A stretch of DNA of 61,426 bases, counting the filler, from Choristocarpus tenellus KU-1152 (lineage: Eukaryota > Protista > Phaeophyceae), in assembly GCA_964200185.2 (NCBI GenBank). It is 11 parts of 11 records of this genome, joined end to end, with 100 filler letters (N's around TTAATTAATTAA, not from the genome) between each part and the next. Parts side by side here need not be neighbours in the genome. Positions count along the whole stretch, not along the records: positions 24,816 to 34,667 come from CAXNAD020003332.1; positions 34,768 to 38,423 come from CAXNAD020018685.1; positions 38,524 to 42,492 come from CAXNAD020016862.1; 8 more parts are not named here. One strand, written 5' to 3'. Below the pieces are notes generated by a model. That model searched no databases, was not told where the DNA came from, and was given only the letters and a program-made list of their open reading frames with translations. The translations under genes and the position numbers were made by a program. Of this stretch, positions 25,546-38,524 are shown piece after piece. The number at the start of each line of letters is the position of its first letter. Positions within the stretch are counted from its first letter, which is position 1.

Positions 25546-25803
25546 GAGCCAAAGTATTTTAGAGGGTAGGGCCGCGTCCATTTGGGGGCCAAAATCCAAT
25601 GTTGCGATTTTGACGTAATTTTGGCTTCAGTGTTTGTTAGGAAGTGTCAGTATCCTTGTTCCGGACACACTAATCCATAACGTACACATTTTACCTACTC
25701 CGAAACATTTTGAAGTGGAAAACTGTCATAAAAAACCCACGGGAAGCCAAGCCCCAAATGGACAAACAGGGCAAATCTCGTTCCCTCTAAGATACTTCCA
25801 CTC
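25546..25803 (+). mobile_element. MITE family A copy
   Basis: GAGCCAAAGTATTTTAGAGGGTA...CCCTCTAAGATACTTCCACTC; flanks atct/acct. Confidence 0.9.
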
Positions 25804-26057
25804 ACCTGCCTACCCTACCTCTTAATTGGTTGGTTTAGCTCATTCGTAAAAAAGTGGGGAGGGGGATCTGTGGTTCATTGTATCCTATAGAGGGGGGGGC
25901 GGGGGGTTAGGCCAAGCGGTTCATTCGGGTCTTAATATGGCGTTGTTAGACACGCCGGCTTGATGCCCGTTTTGCTGAGGATTTTTCTTTCAATATGGTC
26001 TAGGTAAGGAGGGGGATAGAAAAGGAAGGTACGAGTTCAGATGAAGGAAGTTGCCCC

Positions 26058-26353
26058 GAGTCAAAGTAGACGAGAGGTAGCCAGGTTTTGTTTGCTTTTT
26101 AAAGTTTTTAGTTCTGTTTTTCAATCTTTTGCCATTCACCCGCCCATATATCTCTGTGGATGGATGAAGTGCAAAGCTTGACTTGAGAATGTTGATTTCG
26201 TCTCTGTTGATTAAGTTTTTTTTTTTTAATACTTAATTCCGAAAGTATTTCTACACACATTTGCGAAAATAAATAAGTATAGACGAATTCTGCACCTAGT
26301 CGTAAGCATCCTTGAAAATACAACTCTGGGCACCCCCTCGTTTACTTTGACTC
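26058..26353 (+). mobile_element. MITE family E copy
   Basis: TIRs GAGTCAAAGTAGACGAGAGG...CCCCTCGTTTACTTTGACTC; flanks cccc/ccct; homologous inverted copy at 41805-42064. Confidence 0.8.
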
Positions 26354-26464
26354 CCCTTACATCCGACATGTTCACTCACTCCTATGACATAAAGTCACTA
26401 AAGGGTCACACAGGCCCCGAATGGATACTACAGCAGGCTTGATACGAGTTGTGTAAGGGCTGAC

Positions 26465-27547
26465 CTGGCCTCTGTGAGTATGTAGCCTGACTGGGCTGCC
26501 ATCCTGGGTCAAGAGTGGGAAGGTGTTGCTGCAATAACCGCCTGCCCATACAATCACCTGGACCTCATCGAAAACTCTCTTTTGGAGCTGCTTCGATTTC
26601 CCATATTTTACCTGTGGGACACGGTTTTGGGTTAGGGTAGGGTTACATGAAGTGCAAGAGAAACAAGTAAACAGTAAATACTACAAGGCAAGAAACGGCT
26701 GGAGGATTTCCAGGTTATTGGTGTGCGTGTGCGTGTGCATGTGTGTGTGTGCATGTGTATATTGGTTTGAAGGGAAGAAATTGTGCCTGTCTCATCTCGA
26801 GCCAAGCAGCAGCACCACATACCCAGGCTTTGGACAGATTTTATACTTGGACAGAAAATCTTCTACGGCATACTCGCAGCACATAGACAAAAATCGCCCA
26901 ACTGTATGCCACACAACTGTACTCCGCCTCAGTCCCCACTCGGTTTTGATCAGGCCAATTACTGACAGTACCTGATACATCTTCATTCGGAGCTCTCCCC
27001 CTTGGCAAAACTTGTGGTAGAGACCTGCTGCATCACCTCTGAGTCCCCCGAAGGGATGAATCTGACCCTGTTTGTTGGTAGCCGTGAAGTGAGTGTATCC
27101 ATCCTTCCGCGCCAGAGCTTGCGAGGGGTAGAAAACCTGGTTGTGTCCAAACCGTTAAGAGTGAAAGTATGTTAGGGTTAGGGTACGAATTTTGCCCTGT
27201 TTGTCCGTTTGGGGCTTGGTTTCCCACGGGTTTTTTATGACATTTTTCCTACTCCGAAATGTTTTAGAATAGTTCATATGCTTACATTTTTAAAAAGTTG
27301 TGTCCGGAACAAGGATATTGACACTTCCTAACAAACATGATAGCCAAACTTACATCAAAATCGGAACATTGGATTTTTTCCCCGAAACGGACATGGTTCT
27401 ACCATCTAAGATACTTTGACTCTAACTTTTGATTAGAAGCGCGCTGGCTCTGATGAATGACTCCGACCGAAATGGTACACACAGCGACAGTTTGTTCTTC
27501 TCGCTGTCACCAGCGCCAAAAAATAAAATAAACACTACAAAACACTA

Positions 27548-27598
<51 letters not shown>

Positions 27599-30473
27599 AC
27601 TCACACACTCACACCTTGACGGCCCCATGGCACAGCATTGTGATGCTGCCTGCCTCAAGCACTAGTTGGGCAGACTTTGCCGCAACGGGAATCGCTGTCT
27701 GCAATTCAGGCGAAGGTGGTCTCGAAATATCTGGAGAAGACAAGAAGCCGTATTCCTTGGATGGAAAGGTTGTGCAGAGGGAACAAACAGCGCGATTGCT
27801 CTCTTGGTGGTGGACGCGTGTTGCATGCGGTTCATGTGTGCCCTGCAAACAGTTGCAATAGGTGAACACTGCAGGCTGCCAAGGTTGGTAAGCTTGAGAT
27901 AGTGCCAACACACACAAAAGAGACTCAAGCAAGATACTATATACCCGAGTCTAAAAAACCTCAAAATATACCTGCAACACTGTCAAGTACTAGTGCCTCT
28001 CTTTTCATGGATAGGGATCTCTGCACCCTCTACTCCATTGTTTTTGGCTGTGGTGAGTGCCCATTAATCACCCTGGCAAAAAATAGCCTGCAGAACTTCA
28101 GCGCTTGTGCACACATAAACTTCTAGCAAATTAGACCATATTTATTCTTCCAAACTGCCTTGAAATCCTCTTGGCCTCCCCTACTGGCATTGCAGCCAAG
28201 GCACATTAACTCTCCCCTGTATATTTTCGAGCCTCGTTTCACTCAATTGAAGATGCAAGAGTCCCTCCTTCTGAAACCAAACATGCACTGGTTGCAAACA
28301 TATCTTCATTTTTCCCAAAGGATGCTGACACCTTGTCTGACAGTGGAGCTAACCTTATTGGCCATGTTGAGGCAGCACAAGACAACGGAGAATGCGCTGT
28401 GTCCACCTCCAATCACGCACAATTTGCTTGGTCGGTCAGATATCACCAGCCTGCGCTGCAGCTCCTGTTGAAATTGAGTGTGCTACAGTAGTAGTAGTCA
28501 CCCTGGATGCAGGCAGTTTTATATATTTACAGGGTCGGAGCAATCACACTTCATGGTCTGTCCTAAATTCATCAAGCCATGCCATCTATCTGGTCATACC
28601 CACATATTCCGAAATACACCCTCCCTTTTTTTTTTATGGACCTGAAAATAATACCCAAGTGTGTGGTGCTGTATTGCCACAGCTTGGTCTTTTGTATTTG
28701 AATACTTAGTATGTGCCTCCTCACCTACCTTCCTTGTTTGGTTCAAATAAGCAAGATAATTTTCAGCATAATTCAAGACAAAAGGTCTGATATATTCTGG
28801 TGTAAGGGTTGAATTTCTTAGCATACCTTGTAAGCTAACATTGGGTCACTATCATTGCACTGTTTGTGAGATTACAAGAGAAAATATGATACAACTGAAA
28901 ATGATGGTTACAATTAGTTGCACTTTCTCACATTCCAATCTTGGCACCAAAAACCGAATTCAATGAACCCACCTCTAAGCCTTTTTTTTGCAGCACAAAA
29001 TCTGATTCCAAGAGTTTTTCTTGGTCAGCCATGCTTGGAAGTATGGGAGCTGCTTGGCATCCCCCAGTGGCAACCACAAGCTTTGTAGTGTACACATAGA
29101 ACCTTGATGACGGATTGCCTGCATCAACTGGTTGTGTTTTTGCCAACTGGCTACATGTTTCTCCTCCACTATCTGCCGAGCCCTCAACAAGAAGACGCCA
29201 CAATATGTATGGAGCTCCTGCGACTACTTCATTCTTCTTTGTGGACCCTGCATCTCCTGAATGACAGTGACCAACCTGGACACATATTCCTTCTTGTGTA
29301 TTACCTTGATTACCCATCAGCTGCGGCGTGCCCAAGATAACACCATCAACTCCCCCCCAATCACGTTGCAGCTCATCCTGCTTGTGATCCTCCTTGAACC
29401 CTTTGGATTGTTCCACAGGGACTTGTTGCCCTTGACCATCAAGTCGCGTTGGGCAAGGTTTTGAACGTGGTAACTTGTCCACAATCGTCGCAGACAGCAC
29501 CTTTTTAATGGGGAAGGAAAGCTATGTTTGGTTTTGCTTCAGGGTTACTACAATTGCTCTCCTAACAGAGGTACTTCAGTGACACAAAGAGAAATGGATA
29601 ATGAGTTTTATCGGTTGACGTATCGTCCCCTTAGAGTAGCAAAGAGTTATCAAGTGGAAAACCACAACCAACTTTCTTCTGCGAGGAACAGAATAATGGC
29701 CAACTTCTACATACCGACCTTGCTACGAGTGAGCACCGCACTCTCTGGGTGAGCTCTGAGCTCCTGGGCAAGGGCACACCCAACCTCGCCCAAGAACTTG
29801 CCCACCACAGGTAGGGGAGCAGGAGCATTTCCAAGTTCCTCCAATATCTTCAAAGTCGGACTCTGTCAAATTCATTATTCAATCCCATGATGTCAATGCA
29901 TGTAATGAAACCATGTAACTTTATTCACTGGCGAATGCCCCAAAAGAGGTGGTGATTTTCAGTCGACAGGTACCTGGCGGAGTGGCTCGAGGGGTGTGCC
30001 TGTGGCAATCTCAGGAGGAATTGAGTCCAGCCGGTCGTAAACAACGTTCGTGGCAAATTTTGATGCGTACGTGTTGCTGTTGATTTGATACCCACCGAGG
30101 CGGCCAACTCCGAGAACATCCTCGTTTCCCGCCTCTAGCATCACAACACCTCCGGTGGTGGAGCTGCCTTCCAGGAGGTCCTTCCGATGAGTCATGGAGG
30201 GTGACTAAGTTTGTTGAGTTCGAGAGGAATAGTAAGCAAGAGCTGGAGTAGATCGACTAGATAAAGAAAAGAGCATGACAACACTGGAGACAGGGAAAAC
30301 CTATGGGGGTGCCCAAATATTCGTGGCATTGGATGAGAGATCTCGTCCAAGTATGGCAGTACCTTCAACAAACCGAGACGGGTTGCTCGAACGAGCACTG
30401 CCACTCCTGCAGGACCTCCACCCACAATTGCCACCTTGAATGGTTTTGTTGGAGTCCCTGGGAAGTTCGGCAT
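26465..30473 (-). CDS. FAD/NAD(P)-binding oxidoreductase, multi-exon (3' end not resolved)
   Basis: Exons read KVAIVGGGPAGVAVL (FAD Rossmann fold), LGVGRLGGYQINSNTYASKF, APLPVVGKFLGEVG, KLCVIGGGHSAFSV (second Rossmann motif, near 28400), GYTHFTATNKQGQIHPFGGLRGDA and VIVWAGGYCSNTFPL. Confidence 0.85.
27159..27422 (-). mobile_element. MITE family A copy (intronic)
   Basis: GAGTGAAAGTATG...CATCTAAGATACTTTGACTC; the left TIR carries a TTAGGGTTAGGG duplication. Confidence 0.85.
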
Positions 30474-30682
30474 GACCTCGTGGGAAATTGTGAGAGATCT
30501 CGTCTTCGACCTTGGATATTTTGTAACACAAATATGTTTTTGTACAAGGTCAAGATTGGTATTGATGTTAAGAGGAAGAAAGCACCGAGTTTATTCAGAC
30601 CGTTACTCCTATAGACGCCACCTATGGTTTTATCAAAAGAAGTCCAAGGTATACCAATCACATACATCAAGAAAGGAGGGAC

Positions 30683-33258
30683 ATGTCCATGCTACGAGGT
30701 ATCCTCTTTGCCATTCGATGCTTAATCTGTGGTGGATTTCTTCAGTATTCTGGACTACCGCAAATCCTACGTCGAGTTGGCACCCTCAAGCATCAACCCA
30801 CAGTTAAAGTTTCTTTATCCCAAGGTGACAGTTCCTCGAGATGGCCGTTCAACGACGAAGATCCTCCAGATCTTCCGGGATTCCCAAAATCAATGGAGGA
30901 GCTACAAAGAAAGATGCAGAGAGACTCCCTGTTGCAAGACACAAGTAATACAACGAGAGAAGACCCACTGGGCTTTCCAATTGACGAGGATGATGTAGCA
31001 TTTATCACCGAAGCTGTCCTGGATGTGTTCGGTGACGGCACCGAAGATGAATGGGTAGAGAAAAAATTGGGTTCGATGCTCGTGGATGAGGATAAGGGTG
31101 AGTCAAAGGCGCCATCTCCTACAAATATGTCATTGCAGAAGGATGGTCAGGGAGATGAAGGATGGGCGTTCGATGAAACCCAGGACGAGTACGAGGAATT
31201 TAAGAGGCATGTAGGTGAATACGACAACAAGGTACCTACCTATTCACCAAGCATTTACAAGGCAGGGGGGTCAACCGTGACGTTTGCACAGACACCCTAT
31301 GCACAGTACTGGGACTCCTTGCCAGATTTGGAAGAGAGCGGAAAGATGTATTCCTACAATGCCTTGGATCGCCTGTCCACTATCAAGTACCTGATGAACT
31401 GCACCTACAATGGGATGTTCGGAGATATGGAAAACCACCAGGTATAAGCTACACGGGGAACGTAGTTACGACTTTGAAGGAGGCCTGCTTCTCCTGTCAC
31501 TGCTTGGTCATACCTCATTCATTTGAAACCTCTGTTAATCTGCTTTGCTCGTTCCCATCCACTACCCAAGTTGTGGCGCAAGAGATCGTGGAACAGTGAT
31601 TCTGTCTTCCACCAAACCTACCAAAATGATATTCTTGTTGACCTACCACTCGATTCTCTCCATCAACATGCTCAAATATACTAGCCAAGTTGCGGTGTAA
31701 GAGATCGCACGGGGGTGATTTGTCTTCCATTAAACCTAGCAAATGATGCTCTTGTTAACCAACCACTGGATTACTCTCCATCAATGTGCTCAAACATGGG
31801 AAGAGATACAACAACAGCATTGTTCATGTAGCGCTGAGACTGCCACCCCCAACGGCAGTTCCCCCTTGCCCAATGCACTCTCTACCCTTGAAACCTTACC
31901 AGCCCAACCCGCATCAACACCCTACTGTCTGATGAATTTAGAGCCGACATTTTTTGTGGATCCATGTGGATCAATTGGATTGGATGCGACGCTCTGGTCG
32001 CCTGAGTTCCACCCCTGGCAGCATCAAGGTTGATTCAAGCTCATGGTGGGGGCATGTTAGCTATGCCTTAACTGTTGCCCCACTCTCCGCCGCACTAGAG
32101 TGTGGACTTTGGCCAGACAGCATCCCCATCATAGGGTGTGAGGAGCTGAAGCAACCCCCTATGGCCAGAGCCATTCGGGCATGGAGACGAGTTTGGCTTT
32201 ACCAATCCGAGGATATTGCGTTTCGTGCCTTCCTTAATCTTCCAGTGCATGATACTTTGACTGAGGGACTCCGTCGCAAGCACTGGGCTGCAGTTCTTGA
32301 GTCGCTACATGCTGTTGAGGTCCTGCACAGGAGTGAATTCGAGTTGCTGCCCTGGGAAGAGCAGAAGTTTGCCAAGGGTTGGTTACGTACAGCTAAACTC
32401 CTTGCTGCTGCTGCTGCACCCTCTGACCTCGATGGAATGCTGCTTTCCCTGGGGGCTGGGTACCTCCCTGAGCGACTTCTTAGGGAAACATCCAATGGGA
32501 TGGAGCATGTACCTTATAGTGCATCGCTTCCAGAGGGGGAAGGAGGGCAAGGTGAGGGGGATGATGATGAAGTTACTAGGCGCAAGACTAGACGATTCAT
32601 TCGATCCTTGCATTGGCTGGGTTCATTGCCTGATCCAGCATGGGGAATTGCACTTTGGGCATGGAAGCGGGCCTGCGCCTCATACCCAGCAAGGCGGGCG
32701 GCACCCCGTACACTACACAGGTGGGCACATGGGGGACCTGTGCCAAGGGCATGGGCATCGGTGCATGCTCTACTGTGCACAATGGTTCCAGACCTCAATT
32801 ACCGCAAATTGACACCTCCATTTGGAGTGGACCCTGCAGAGGATGTTGAATATGATCCAGCATATCAGACACCTGAGAATGATGGACACGGATTTGAGGT
32901 CGATGAAAACGAACTTCTTAACGCTCTCCAGAGGCCTTGGTATGATGGCCCCAGGCCAGACTTGGAAAGCACAAGTTCTAAGGTCGGGGGCCAGGGGGGA
33001 TGGGAAGACGAAGATGAGGATGGTTTGTTTCCACCGGGCGTGGACCCTTCAAACTTGAGCGACAAGGCATACCAACAAATAGAGGATGAGATCTTGGAAG
33101 ACTTTCGCATGGCTTCCAATCGGAAGGCAAGAAAGGAGGCTGAGGGGGAGGGGGAAGAGGGTATTGTTGATCCTGTGGGGGAAGGTGATGGGGTGGGTGT
33201 TTCATCTAGATCAATTTTTGATGACGATCTATCAGATGTTGATACCACCTTTGCCTAG
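30683..33258 (+). CDS. LEG1 (liver-enriched gene 1)-domain protein, 2 exons (30683-31441, 31942-33258)
   Basis: In-frame GT-AG splicing gives YNALDRLSTIKYLMNCTYNGMFGDMENHQSRHFLWIHVDQLDWMRRSGRL...SSWWGHVSYALTVAPLSAALECG...HWAAVLESL...KFAKGWLRTAKLLAAA. This parallels LEG1 motifs (ERMGMYKILL / NILWGLPLQ.GWQ..TGRL / SWWA..NY.L...PFLAA.D.G). It has a hydrophobic N-terminus and acidic flanks. Confidence 0.75.
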
Positions 33259-33615
33259 GCAGCTTTTTGGTGACAAAGGTAGCTGTTGCGTTGGTGCAGT
33301 TGGACCAGCAGCTTGCTAGCAAAACTATAGTACAAAAGCTCTTGGTAACTGGTGCTTCCAACCTCTTCCTTTCTGGTTGAACCAAATGATACAGATATGT
33401 ACATTGCTACGTGAGACACCATTGCATCTCTCCTATTTGCTACTGGTCATTAGGAAAGCCTTTCAACAACTATGGTCACCACTACAAAATGCTCCCATTG
33501 GGAGGGGGTGTCACTGCAGCCTTGCCCGTGCCATTAACCCAGCGAACCCCCCACCCTGCTTCATCCAAAGCTACCTAGCAGTCATGTAGCCTTCCTGCTG
33601 GTCGTCCTTCCTGAA

Positions 33616-33972
33616 TTATGCATCATCCAGAACAATAGTATATATGTCTACAATCAGTGCACCAGCAAGGCCTGGCACCCCCCCAGCCACTGCTAATATT
33701 CCTGCATACACACTGCAATCCATTGACACGTATCCACTACCAGGGAGGTTGGTTGTGCATGCAGGGATGAGGGTCCGCACTTCCCAAGAGGGTAAACTCC
33801 TGGCCCAAACAGCCCCATCTTGTGTGAGACCCACCACAAATCCTCCCCCATCACTGAGGTATTTGGCATTCATGTCCATGCTTTTCTTAGTCTGACTGGC
33901 AAGGTTAGCAACTGTCTCATCTCTGGACATAGGACAAGGTGTAGGTGTGGGAGGTAGATAGGTAGATTGCAA
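33616..33972 (-). CDS. Probable exon of a beta-propeller-like protein (unassigned)
   Basis: LSDGGGFVVGLTQDGAVWARSLPSW...MDCSVYAGILAVAGG has the pattern of WD40-like strands. Gene model not resolved. Confidence 0.35.
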   Translation of the reverse strand: MQSTYLPPTPTPCPMSRDETVANLASQTKKSMDMNAKYLSDGGGFVVGLTQDGAVWARSLPSWEVRTLIPACTTNLPGSGYVSMDCSVYAGILAVAGGVPGLAGALIVDIYTIVLDDA

Positions 33973-34768
33973 TCAGGATTGGCAATGGATGCAAGCCCTG
34001 TAACGTAAGAGCATCAGTGCAACCTGATTGTCCATTTCACTTGACCATGGCAGGCCAACATATGACCACATATACAACAGCAAAACCATTTAATAAATTA
34101 CTAGAATCAATACAATTCTATGAACCATGTCGACCTGTAGTCACTTCAACAGCATGAAAGGGACGTACCAATAATCTGTTTTAAAGTAGACTTTTTCTGT
34201 ACTTCACCAATATAACAAAAGCACGAAGGGTGGGTATATCCAACCAAGCCTCCCTGGTAGTATGCAATGAACAGAATAATAACTCTATACTCTATGGATG
34301 AAAACAAATCCTTGGCTGGTGTTCAGAAATCTTGCAGTACAGTTTGACGTTCCTTTCGCTTGGGACAAGTGCGCATGTGCTGCAAACCACTTATGCATTA
34401 AAAACATGTGAGTTCAGTGACAGGGAAGCACATGGTTTCAGGTGAGAGGTAAATCACATCAAGGCATCTGACCTACGGAAAACCCATGGTGTGTTCATGT
34501 GCATTACAGGGCAAATGTCACCACGAGGCAGCCTAACTTAATGATAACTCACATTCGGTCTTGGGAGTGACTAGGGTCATCTTTCAAACCACTTCCCATC
34601 GCAATGATTGACAGAGAGCTTCCGATCGACACCCCCCCCCCCCTCCCACATACACGGAGCCAGTAGANNNNNNNNNNNNNNNNNNNNNNNNNNNNNNNNN
34701 NNNNNNNNNNNTTAATTAATTAANNNNNNNNNNNNNNNNNNNNNNNNNNNNNNNNNNNNNNNNNNNNT

Positions 34769-34836
34769 ATGTATGTATGTATGTATGTATGTATGTATGT
34801 ATGTATGTATGTATGTATGTATGTATGTATGTATGT
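34769..34836. repeat. (TATG)n microsatellite
   Basis: Read directly from the sequence. Confidence 0.95.
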
Positions 34837-34905
34837 ACTCCAGAGTATTATGTATGTATTATGTTTGTATTTTGTATGTATATATATATATGTATGTACG
34901 CATCA

Positions 34906-36975
34906 CCTTCTTAATCTCCTCAGTGAGTTTCAAACCCTCCACGTTTTGCTTGGACTCGAGTACAGTCTGCACATTACGGTTCCGCTGAAGTAGTCGCTTG
35001 CTGTCAAGATTACGTTGCTTGATATGCTCCTTGCGTCGAGCATCTATACGTTTCAACAATGCCTGCAACTCAGACTGTTGTTTATTGCCAAGTCAAGAGG
35101 GAGAACGAGAGAGTGGCAGGAGAGGGGTTGGGGATGGGTTGGGTACACACAAGGGCTTATTAAAGAAATTGGAACGGGTTCTGGTGAGTTTGATAGATAG
35201 CTTACCTAGGGTGAGGGGTTGTTATGGGAGAAGAGCTATTATAAGCCTCAAGGGTGGACACATCCTCTTCCATTTGGTTTGAGGAGAGCAGTGTTGAGAA
35301 CTGAATAACAAGCAGCAACAAGAATCACATTGTATATTTACTTGGTATTATTTGATATTGTTTTGTCTGTGCTCAGTGACAGAGTTCGGATATGCTCTTG
35401 TTTTATTTTTTTTGCAACAGCAGCCAATTAAAACGCACCCTTGCGACTTACAAAATATATTCCCTTTCTAGTGTTTGTTTAAGAAATGAATTTGTTCTAG
35501 TACTATCTTGTCAATATTACAACAAAAGTTTATCGGTGGGGGAGTTCTGTTGAAACTATCTATTTTGTTTAATGCCAATCTTACAACGGGTGAATCTATC
35601 CTGCCTGGCAGCTGCACTCCAATAAAGGAAGGATCAGATCTCTTGAACCTCATGTATATTGCTTTTCTATGTACTTGTAATCAGAAAAAAAAGAAACTGA
35701 AAACAGGAAGAAGAAGGAGAAGAAAAGCGCTAAGTTCGTACCAGATTTTTTTAAAGTGCAACAATGGTAAAACCTTTAAAAGTAGTAGCAATAACTCCTG
35801 GTCAAACCTTTCTTTGTACAAGAATATATACAGTAGATACTACACCAAACAATACACCATATAATATTGCTAGATATTCCTATACTAGATAATATACTAG
35901 ATGTTACTGTACTACATAATATACTAGATATTATACTAGAAAATATGCTAAATAATATACTAGATAATACACTAGGTACTACACTAAAAAAACAAACCAC
36001 ATAACACACTAGATAATATATATGCATCTTCATCCCAAAATAATATTTTATCTACCTTGTACAAAAATTGTGCCGTTATTTTTTTCTCCCCCACTCAAAA
36101 CACTGATCATAACTCGCATGTATATCGTACCATGCACTGTCTACCTCGCCCAGTACCAACTGCAGCAACTCCTCGGCAGAGATACCTAATGCACCACTCA
36201 CCCGTCCCCAGTTCCTCTACTTCTCCTTATTATTTGGGCGAGCTGGGGCCAGAGTTATTTTATCTTACAGGGGGGGGTGTCATTGCAAATATTTGGGGCC
36301 CTTGTGACTATCACTGCCTTTTGGGCACAAGCACCTTGAAGCACTCTGGAGGGCAATTTGGTGTTAGTGCAGATGAACCTCTCTCTGTCTTTGTTTTCTA
36401 CCACCACACACCACGGCCTTGTAACGAAGGAAAGCTGCATTTCGGTCCTTCGTTACTGCTACTACTGCTGCTACTACTACTACTGCTACTACTACTATTA
36501 CTGCTACTACTGCTGCTGCTACTGCTGCTGCTGCTGCTGCTGCTGCTACTTTTGTTGTTATTATTGTTGTTATTATTTTTACTATCATATTATATTATTG
36601 TTATTCTTTTTTTTTCCTTCCTAATATCGTTGTTGCTGTTCTTGTTAATACTTTTTATACTATTGTTGCCCGTAGTTTTTATTGCCCATATTGTTTCATC
36701 AATGGGGTAATCTAGGTGTCAGGATGAAATTACAATGTATCAAAATACTCAAGAGGGGGTGGTTAGATAGATCCCCCACCAAGATAGGATGAGTCTTAGA
36801 GTTCACCAAGGAGTGAATCAAGGGATCATGTAATCGGCGCCAGAATGGAGGTGAGGATGCCATGACCTGCTGGTGTCCCCTGAAAGCAGCCTCTTTTCTT
36901 GCAAGAAATAGTCCCCAATTCTCCGTCGCAGAATTGCGCTCAGACTCCTCCAGCTGGTCAGCAATCTTCTTCACC
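34906..36975 (-). CDS. Uncharacterised coiled-coil protein, internal exons (about 36867-36974 and 34906-35077)
   Basis: VKKIADQLEESERNSATENWGLFLARKEAAFRGHQQ and SELQALLKRIDARRKEHIKQRNLDSKRLLQRNRNVQTVLESKQ..EEIKK, each bounded by AG/GT. Confidence 0.7.
36455..36580. repeat. (CTA/CTG)n trinucleotide microsatellite, intronic
   Basis: Read directly from the sequence; it produces the spurious poly-L/C/A ORFs. Confidence 0.95.
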
Positions 36976-37069
36976 TTTGGGCACCAAAATTAATGTTATT
37001 ATCATGAGTATTATGACTATTTATTATGATTAGTAGTAATAACATTATGAATACTATTTCTATTATTGT

Positions 37070-37295
37070 GCCCTCTGACATATTGCAGATGTGTCAGGGG
37101 GGAAACCAACGAAATATATATATATGTCAGTATACGCTCAAAAGATATAAAATCTCATAAATGTGAAAAACCCTAATCCGTTTGTTACTTCACCACTATC
37201 TATGTTATACTACCGCCTTCCTGTGTCTCCAATCTACCTATACCTGTACCCGGGGGGAGGAGCTAGGGATGTATCCCAAGAATCCAACAAACCCC
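37070..37295 (+). repeat. Dispersed repeat family D copy
   Basis: GCCCTCTGACATATTGCAGATGTGTCAGGGGGGAAACCAAC ... GAGCTAGGGATGTATCCCAAGAATCC. Confidence 0.7.
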
Positions 37296-37626
37296 TCCCT
37301 ATGAATATTGTTATTATTGTAATAATATCCATCATTATTTTGAAAAATATATTTATTTTTGTCACCACTATTGTTAGTAGTAGTATTTTAAATAATAATG
37401 TTCTTGTTTTATTGTTGATGTTTCAATATTGTTATTGACGATATCATATCACTAATATTACTAAACCTGTTGCTGTTACAATTATTTTTCTTTACCATTT
37501 GTATTGTCTTGTATTTTGCTAATATTGGGGTTCGCATAGCATTTTTTTAATATTAGTAGTAGTATCATTGGTCAAATTTCAATATAGCCAAAGAAAAAAT
37601 AATAATAGTAACAACAAAAAACAGTA

Positions 37627-38423
37627 CTTCCTCCATTCGGAATTAGATGTAACTTGAATTTTGCAAGCTAAAGTATCTTTAGATGGTAGAGCCGCGTCCA
37701 TTTGGGGGCCAAATCCAATGTCGCGATTTTGATGTAATTTTGGCTATCGTATTTGTCAGGAAGTGTCAATATTCTTGTTCCGGACACACCTTTTCATAAC
37801 GTTTACATTTTACCTACTCCGAAATATTTTGGAGTAGGAAAATGTCATTAAAAAAACGTGGGAATCCAACCCCCAAAATGGACAAACAGGGCAAAACTTG
37901 TACCCTCTAAGATACTTCCACTCTTGCACCCCCGATGAGGAAGCAAGATTTTTGTTTACATGTTGGTACTTTGAAGGTGTATTGTGGAGTCAATAAAAGG
38001 TTTCCCACCAAAATCTCAAGCAAAAGGGGCAGCCTGCACCCATCTATCATTCCGCGCCCAAAGCCCTCCAAAAGTTCATTCCAGCACAGTACTTCAGTGT
38101 GTCACCGGGGCATTCTAGGGTAGCTTGTCGGCCTTCTACGCCTTTTCCTTTCTAGGATGAGGAATTTCAAAGACGTTGTCACACTTGGACCCCACCACTT
38201 CACCATAGACAGCGAAGAGGCTCTGCCAGATGTGCTTTAGTGTCTCCCAGGGGTACACATTGAACGCCTCCACCAGCTTCCACTGTGTTGGTCACACCCA
38301 CGTCTTCCTTCAGTTGCTGGATGGAATGAAAGAATCCCAGATCATTGACAATAAGGTCAGATGAGTTGACTTGCTGGGTCTCCATGACAATGCCGTCCCC
38401 CGCCCCCTCCTCAATTGCCTCCA
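37627..38423 (-). mobile_element. Second DD39D mariner, 3' part (truncated by gap), carrying a MITE A insertion
   Basis: The minus strand reads GIVMETQQVNSSDLIVNDLGFFHSIQQLK. The terminus TA|CTTCCTCCATTC resembles the Stowaway/mariner TIR. Confidence 0.75.
37665..37923 (+). mobile_element. MITE family A copy nested in the mariner end
   Basis: AAGCTAAAGTATCTTTAG...TACCCTCTAAGATACTTCCACTC with a perfect TSD TTGC/TTGC. Confidence 0.9.
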
Positions 38424-38524
38424 NNNNNNNNNNNNNNNNNNNNNNNNNNNNNNNNNNNNNNNNNNNNTTAATTAATTAANNNNNNNNNNNNNNNNNNNNN
38501 NNNNNNNNNNNNNNNNNNNNNNNA

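Noticed and set aside
36057-36710. 217-aa poly-Leu ORF and overlapping poly-Cys/poly-Ala ORFs
   Set aside because: Artefacts of an intronic CTA/CTG microsatellite.
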